The position numbers and the translations under genes are program-made. Positions 56,576 through 64,000 of a DNA stretch of 64,000 nucleotides are shown here, piece by piece; the first letter of the stretch is position 1, and every line of letters starts with the position of its first letter. The notes under the pieces are model-generated. The model was not told the origin of the DNA. It saw only the letters and a list, made by a program, of their open reading frames with translations, and did not search any database. This stretch comes from Squalus acanthias (Eukaryota): positions 30,630,001-30,694,000 of the forward strand of contig CM059432.1 of assembly GCA_030390025.1 (NCBI GenBank). The letters run 5' to 3'.

Positions 56576-58174
56576 TGAAAAGGTAGACCAGGACATTTTG
56601 TTACGTGAAGGCGCTATATATATTGCAACGTTCTCACATTTAATCTAATTACCTCCGGGAGGAACTTGTGGAACTTTTTTATCCATGGGTTGACTGAAAA
56701 GCTGTAGGTGGTGGGTGGAAGGAGCATTGTCAATGGGTTAAAGAACCTCTCCATATACCATGACTTCTTATGCTCTTGCCTTCTTGGCACTGGTCATTTA
56801 AGATAAAGTATAATTAATCACAAGCGACAGAGCAAGTAAGAGGATCCAACTACATTCAGAGTAGGAACAACTGGCTTTAATTTCACAGTAGGTGTCGATT
56901 CTCTTTGCCCTATATTACACTCTTACCTCTGGCAGTTCAAAATCTTCTGGCTCCAATTTGCTCAATGCAATGATTGTGCATTAAATGACAGTTAATCATT
57001 TTTTTTTTTTAACCAGGTTTACTCATTGTGCATTCTCTGGACTTGGTGCTTCATAGCTAATACACAACTGAGCAGCCAATAAGGTAAAGTCCTACAGTAA
57101 TGGTATGAGATCTTCTGGTAAACCCACTGAGTTGGCATGTAAGTACTGTAAAATATACTCCATGTGTGAATCCAGCTGTGGAGTGTACCAATTGCAATGC
57201 TGAAGGGAGGATAATGTGTAGAAAAGTCCACTTTACTGATGAGGCCCTTCAGATTGTTCTGATACCCTGAGGGAACAGAGAAATACCCTGTACAATTTAG
57301 CAAGCACCATTAAACAGAGGGTCAAGTGCAGGAGTCAAAACGTCCTTGCTAACCTCCTGTGCTTGCAATGATGTGGAAAAATAAGAGTCCATTTCAGGAA
57401 AAGTGCCAAGATAAACAACGGATCTCACAGTCAGTCTCACAATGTCACATATGGGTAGGACTGTCAATTATTTTACATTACTATATATGGGTGTGACTGC
57501 CAATTAGCTTGCCTCGGTAGAAAAGACTATCCAAGGAGGTTTATATGAGGTTGTGGAATGTAGTGAGGCTCAGGGGAAGCACACTTACATTGCTTTAATT
57601 GACTTTCCTAAGGCTCTCAACCTAGGGCCTCACACATCTCTCATGAAGAAACTCAGAGCTATGGAAGTATTTGGATATTTTCCAGGATGTGGACTGTAGC
57701 TGCAGCATCATGTAAGAGTAGACAACAGGTTCACTAAGCCTTTAGGGGTAGGAATTGGTATGAGTTACACCCATTTTTTAGTGGTCAATTTAGCAATGGA
57801 ACGGCCCATCAGTGCAGGCGTTGGTCCCACTGCTAAATTTGTAGGTCCATTTTTTAGGTGTCCCAGACGGACATTGAAGAACCCCTTTACAAGATTAGTT
57901 ATCGATGAGCGAGGCAGGCGTTTGGCATGGCCGGCTTCTATTGGAAGCATTAATGCTGATGAGTTCAATGCAATCACACAGCGACTAGATAGTGCAAATG
58001 AGGAAGAATTGTGTTGGTATCAGAAGGTAGGCCAAGGTAAGTGTGGGGCTCAGCAGGTATTGGCACAAACATAAGAACATAGGAATTACTAGACCAAAAA
58101 AGACCAAGGTCCATCTAGTTCACCTTCTACCATCTTGGTCGTCGCATGATACAACGATAATGGAGTTGTTGACT

Positions 58175-58582
58175 CTCTTCTTTCTTTTGTATGGTAGTAG
58201 TAAAACAAATCAGATGTCAATATCTATGTCAGCTATCCAGGCCAAAGCTTCCGGTGCAACAGCATGGACATCTTGCAAATTTCCTCTGAGGGCAGTGCTC
58301 AATAATGTGCTCCAGGGTCTGATCAGGAACTCCACAGACACATGATGGGGTTGCTTTAGAAGAAGGTGGCAACATCTACCATGACCAGTTCTGAGGTGGT
58401 TGATGGTTGTCCACTGTTTGCGAGGAAGGTTTGATCCTTCAGGTTGTACTGTGGGGTCCTCTATAAAGAATCCATTCCGTATGTCACAGTTCTTCCAAGC
58501 ATTTCGCCATCGGTCATCAAGGCTGAGGGGAAATCGCTGAAGGGCTTCGGCAATGGTCAAAATGGCCTTCGCGATTTGAGAC
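58175..58582 (-). mobile_element. Vingi/Ingi-like LINE 3' fragment with 7-bp TSD GTTGACT
   Basis: DPTVQPEGSNLPRKQWTTINHLRTGHGRC...ALAWI. 3' end CCATACAAAAGAAAGAAG. GTTGACT at 58168-58174 and 58583-58589. Confidence 0.75.
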
Positions 58583-58729
58583 GTTGACTAATCATGGCAA
58601 TCAATCCCTATCAATTAATGTACAACATGACGCAAGGATAATCCCCGTGGTGGAAAGCTTTTCCCAAGCATGCTACACTTACCATATTTTATTCCACTTC
58701 ACCCACAAAGCAAACATTCATCCTAGAGG

Positions 58730-60231
58730 TTTATTCATCACCCTGGTTCAATGAGGAGTGTAGAAGAGCATTCTGGGAGCAGCACCATGCGTACCAGAAA
58801 ATGAGATGCCAACCTGGTGAAGCTACAACACAGGAATACGTGCATGCTAAACAGCAGAAGCAGCATGCTATAGACAGAGCTAAGCAATCCCACAACCAAC
58901 AGTTCAGATCAAAGCTCTGCAGTCCTGCCACATCCAGTTGTGAATGGTGGTGGACAATTAAACAACTAATGGGAGGAAGAGGATCCATGAACATTCCCAT
59001 TCTCAATGATGGAAGAGCCTAGCATGTGAGTGAAAAAGACAAGGCTAAAGCGTTCGCAGCCATCTTCAGCTAGAAGTGCCAAGTGGATGCTCCATCTCAG
59101 CCTCTTCCTGAGGTCCCCACCATCACACATGCCAGTTTTCAACGAATTTGATTCACTCCACGTGATATCAAGAAACAGCTGTGCACACTGGATACAGCAA
59201 AGGCTATGGGCCCCGACAACTTCCTGGCTGTCGTGCTGAAGACTTGTGATCCAGAACTAGCCACGCCTGTAGCCAAGCTGTTCCAGTACAGCTACAAACT
59301 TGCATCTACCCAACAAATTGGAAAATTGCCCAGGTATGTCCGAGCCACCAAAAACCAGGACAAATCTAATCTGGCCAATTACCGCCCCATCAGTCTATTC
59401 TCAATCATCAGCAACGTGATGGAAGGTATCATCATCAGTGTTATCAAGCGGCTCTTACTCACTGATAGCCTGCTCACTGATGCCCAGTTTGGGTTCCGCC
59501 AGGACCACTTGTTTTTGTTTTTATTCGTTTATGGGATGTGGACGTCGCTGGCAAGGCCAGCATTTATTGCCCATCCCTAATTGCCCTTGAGAAGGTGGTG
59601 ATGAGCCACCTTCTTGAACCGCGGCAGTCCGTGTGTTCCCGACCTCATTACAGCCTTGGTCCAAACAAGGAAAAAAGAGATGAAATCCAGAGGTGAGGTG
59701 AGAGTGTGGCATCAAGAGCCCTAGTAAAATTGAAGTCAATGGGGATCAGGGGAAAAACTCTCCATTGGCTGGAGTCATAGCTAGTACAAAGGAAGATGGT
59801 TGTGGTTGTTGGAGGCCAATCATCGCAGCCCAGACATCACTGCAGGAGTTCCTCAGGGCAATATCCTAGTCCCAACCATCTTCAGCTGCTTCATCAATAA
59901 CCTTTCCTCCATCATAAGGTCAGAAGTGGGGATGTTTACTGATGATTACACAGTGTTCAGTTCCATTCGCAATTCCTCTGATAATGAAGCAGCCCATGGC
60001 TGCATGCAGCAAGACCTGGACAACATCCAGGCTTGAGCTGATAAGTGGCAAGTAACATTCACGTCACACAAGTACCAGGCAATGGCAATCTCCAACAAGA
60101 AAGACTAACCATGTCCCCATGAAATTCAATGACATAACCATTGTTGAATTCCCCCACCATCAACATCCTGGGGATCACCATTGACCAGAAACTGAACTGG
60201 ACCAGCCACATACTGTGACTACAAGAGCAGG
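58730..60231 (+). mobile_element. LINE-B fragment containing a reverse-oriented LINE-B tail at ~59510-59635
   Basis: GPDNFLAVVLK, NYRPISL, QFGFRQ, GVPQG and FTDD motifs. Confidence 0.88.
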
Positions 60232-61741
60232 ATGCTGTGTGACTTGGAGGGGAACTTGGAGGTGATGGTGTTCTCATGCGCCTGCTGCCCTTGTCCTTCT
60301 AGGTGGTAGAGGTTGCAGGTTTGGGAGGTGCTGTTGAAGAAGCCTTGGCGAGTTGCTGCAGTGCATCTTGTAGATGGTACACACTGCAGCCACGGTGCGC
60401 TGGTGGTCGAGGGTATGAATGTTTCAGGTGGTGAATGGGGTGGCAATCAAGTGGGCTGCTTTGTCCTGAATGGTGTCGAGCTTCTTGAGTGTTGTTGGAG
60501 CTGCACTCATCCAGGCAAGTGGAGAGTATTCCATTACACTCCTGACTTGTGCCTTATAGATGGTGGAAAGGCTTTGAGGAGTCAGCAGGTGAGACAGACG
60601 CCGCAGAATACCCAGCCTCTGACCTGCCCTTGTAGCCACAGTATTTATGTGGCTGGTCCAGTTAAGTTTCTGGTCAATTGTGACCCCCAGGATCTTGATG
60701 GTGTGGGATTCGGCAATGGTAATGCCATTGAATATCAAGGGATGGTGGTTAGACTCTCGCTTGTTGGAGATAGTCATTGCCTGGCACTTATGTGGTGCGA
60801 ATGTTACTTGCCACTTATCAGCCCAAGCCTGAATGTCGTCCAGGTCTTGCTGCATGCGTGCACAGACTGCTTCATTATCTGAGGAGTTGTGAATGGAACT
60901 GAGCATTGTGCAATCATCAGTGAACATCCCCAATTCTGACCTTATGATGGAGGGAAGGTCATTGATGAAGCAGCTGAAGATGGTTGGGCCCAGGACACTG
61001 CCCTGACAAACTCCTGCAACGATGTCATGGGGCTGAGATGATTGGCCTCCAACAACCACAACCATCTTCCTTTGTGCTAGGTATGACTCCAGCCAGTGGA
61101 GAGTTATTCCCCGATTCCCATTGATTTCAATTTTACTAGGGCTCCTTGATTCCACACTCGGTCAAATGCTGCCTTGATGTCAAGGGCAGTCACTCTCACC
61201 TCACCTCTGGAATTCAGCTCTTTTGTCCATGTTTGGATCAAGGCTGTAATGAGGTCTGGACCCGAGTGATCCTGGCAGAACCCAAACTGGGCATCAGTGA
61301 GCAGGTTATTGGTGAGTAAGTGTCACTTGATAGCACTGTCGACAACACCTTCCATCACTTTGCTGATGATTGAGAGTAGACTGATGGGGCTATAATTGGC
61401 CGGATTGGATTTGCCCTGTTTTTTGTCGACTGGACTTACCTGGGCAGTTTTCCACATTGTCAGGTAGATGCCAGTGTTGTAGCTGTACTGGAACAGCTTG
61501 GCTAGAGGCGCGACTAGTTCTGGAACACAAGTCTTCAGCATGACAGCCGGGATGTTATTGGGGCCCATAGCTTTTACTGTATCCAGTGTGCTCAGCTTTT
61601 TCTTGACATCACATGGAGTGAATCGAATTGGCTGAAGACTAGCTTCTGTGATGGTGGGGATCTCAGGAGGAGGCCGTGATGGATTAACCATTCGGCACTT
61701 CTGGCTGAAGATGGTTGCAAATGCTTCAGCCTTGTCTTTTG
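60228..61741 (-). mobile_element. LINE-B internal segment, reverse orientation
   Basis: ORFs 61323-61778 and 60424-61155. Colinear with 1275-2560. Confidence 0.9.
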
Positions 61742-61881
61742 TGAGAGTACCTTCAGAACATGGACTGTAGTGGTTCAAGAAGGTGGCTCACTACCATCTT
61801 CTAAAGGGCAATTAGGGATAGGCAATAATTGATCGACTTGCCAGTGATGCCCTCATCTGCCGAATGAATAAATTAAAAAAA
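61742..61881 (+). mobile_element. LINE-B 3' tail, forward orientation
   Basis: GTACCTTCA...GGTTCAAGAAGGTGGCTCAC...GGGCAATTAGGGATAGGCAATAA followed by an A-run. Confidence 0.8.
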
Positions 61882-62805
61882 CACTTTCGAATGAGTTAAT
61901 CTTCTTCGACTCAACTGCTCTTGCTCTGAATCAACTCTACACATCTACTTCTCTGTGAGGGAAAACAAGTTTTATTTTATAATTTCACTTGAGGCAGTTT
62001 AATTTTAAACCTCTTGTCTAATTCAAATAGCCTGCTTATATCTACATCAGCTATACCTTCCAGTATTTGAAATGCGGTGCTGCATGAGGCCATTTCTTAC
62101 CTCTTGATGTTCAAGTACAGCGAAGAAGGAGCATGGTGAAAATTAGTTATTAACATCAACCATGAAATAGTGGCTCACACCACTGACTAGATCATCCATG
62201 CACATTTTTTTTTGTTAACACTTTAAAAGAAATAATCCTGTACTATCACATTGTATTAACCAATTCACTAAAAATAGTACGTAGAGGATATTAAACCCAT
62301 AGGAGTCAAAACAAAGCCTCAAGCCACAATGATGTACCATGGTTACTGCTGCTAGGCTCAGGATACCAATACCGCGGTGGTGATGCCACTGCTACATTAA
62401 TGCCCTTGCCCGAGTTTGCTAGGTTAGGGCATTTGCAATATTACAAAATGCTCCCTGCACAGGCCAATGGAAGGATGGGATATACTTAAGGATGCTAGAA
62501 AATTTAAAGGGCAGCCACTTAAAAAGTTAAGTAGACACTTGGGGAAGGGGTAAATAATTCTTTCAGCTTTTAAAAAGGCGGAAAATATTTGTCAACCTTT
62601 CCAAAGGCAGTGTGGGGAAGAAAGAAGTGTGATGAAGCAAGCAAATTAAGGGGTCCCTGCGTTGGGACCAGAAACATAGTATGTGAGCAGTCTATGGAGC
62701 GGCAAAGCCAATGACGACTGTTTGATGGCTTGTAAAGTAAATGAGCTGCTGTATGAAGTGGATGTGAGTAGTTTTAGCCCTGCTTGACTCTTCAGGGGAC
62801 TCTCT

Positions 62806-63650
62806 GGGCTGGATTTTCTGAATGGAGACGTGTTGGAGGTGGGACTGCTGCTTGCCGGGTCACAGTCCTGCCTCCATCATCTTCTGGCCAACCATCGGGA
62901 TTTTCTCCTGATTGACCTTGTTAAGCCTACCCTGCGGGCTCAGCAGGCCAATTAGGGGGAAGTCACTGACAGAGCATGTCAACGTCTGACGTGCCATCTG
63001 TCAACATTTCTTGAAAGAAGAAATGTCAGCATTTGACAGCTCTGTGAAGCTGTCAAACACTGACATTCTGTGTAGTTTGATGAGCCCTTGTGTTCAGGAC
63101 TCATCAAACCTTTCTACTTTGTAGAAATCAGATGACTGTTGGTTCGGAGGATCCAACAGCCAGTCTGTGAAATCTACAATGAAGATGTCAGAACTCCGGA
63201 TTCAGAGCGGCTGAAGGCTGTAGGCAGAAACAAAGGTAAGTGAACATTTTCTAACACTTTACACTCACCTCACATACTTACCACTCCACACTTGCACCCA
63301 TCACTCACCTCTACATTGCACTTTCAGACCCTTCCGACCCCCGCAGACCTCCTACTCGACTCCTCCACCCCGGCGGGGTTCTCCGAGGTTAGGAAGCCTG
63401 CACTTAAAAAGGTAAAATGGGACTAATCCTTTTTTCTGCCTGTTAACTACCTGTTAACAGGAAGTTAAAAGGATTTAATCCCTTTCCTGCCTTGAGGAGA
63501 CGGGACCCGGGCCAGGACGGCTTCCCGCCTCCTGGCAAAAGGGCACAAAGGCGGGATGGGGTCGGGCTTGCCAGCCGTCCCCACTTTCTGCAACTTTACC
63601 AGCAGTCCCGCCTCCATACCCACCTCCTCGGGGCTGGCAAAATCCAGCCC
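62806..63650. mobile_element. Harbinger-type MITE, 12-bp TIR GGGCTGGATTTT, TSD TCT
   Basis: TIRs at 62806-62817 and 63639-63650. TCT on both sides. Confidence 0.85.
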
Positions 63651-63679
63651 TCTTTCTAAGCTGGCAGTACACCTTGCCT

Positions 63680-63990
63680 GACACCCGGTGCGGCAGGGGA
63701 GCGGGCAGGTCGGAGGACCTCCTTGTAGGACTGCTCCTGGGCCTGGCCAAGAAGGCCATTAATTGGTCCAGGCAGCGGGCGGTCGAGGGGGTCGTTCGGC
63801 CCGATTGCCTGCCTCTCTTCCGCGGCCATGTTCGCGCCCGGGTGGCCCTGGAGATGGAGCACGCGGTGTCCGCCGGCACGCTTGAGTTTTTCCGCGACCG
63901 GTGGGCGCCGCGGGGACTGGAGTGCATCGTCACCCTGGACAACCAAATTTTAATTTAATTTATTAAGTTTCCTTTAAAGTTTTAATTGAT
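63680..63990 (+). mobile_element. Tx1/L1-clade LINE 3' end
   Basis: LLVGLLLGLAKKAINWSRQRAVEG...LFRGHVRARVALEMEHAVSAGTLEFFRDRWAP resembles Tx1-type ORF2 C-termini. GC-rich island followed by an AT-rich 3' UTR. Confidence 0.7.
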
Positions 63991-64000
63991 TTACAGTCAT

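Noticed and set aside
63125..63235. Exon-like segment with TTTGTAG acceptor and AAG|GTAAGT donor
   Set aside because: Lies inside a MITE and has stops in all three frames, so it is not called as coding.

Overview
Repeat-saturated eukaryotic DNA, most likely intronic or intergenic sequence of a cartilaginous fish (inferred from DeuSINE/SacSINE1-like SINEs, abundant CR1 and Penelope termini; not proven). I recognise no host protein-coding gene. Almost all long ORFs are transposon-derived or artefacts of low-complexity repeats. The window holds CR1 LINEs (two with uninterrupted ORF2 frames), a second CR1/L2-group LINE ('LINE-B'), L2, RTE, Vingi-like and Tx1-like fragments, and two tRNA-derived SINE families whose tails match LINEs in the window. 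It also holds a Gypsy provirus with short LTRs, two solo LTRs, a decayed two-gene PIF/Harbinger transposon, several Harbinger-type MITEs, Penelope fragments and a ~3.9 kb G-rich satellite in a CR1 5' UTR. The most notable signals are tiny TSD-flanked Penelope-terminus insertions carrying minimal hammerhead ribozymes, including a 120-bp spacer-less palindrome folded exactly at the predicted ribozyme cleavage site. Also notable are the CR1-leader satellite with higher-order structure and a probable twin-priming inversion in a non-L1 LINE. Boundaries without a stated TSD are approximate.
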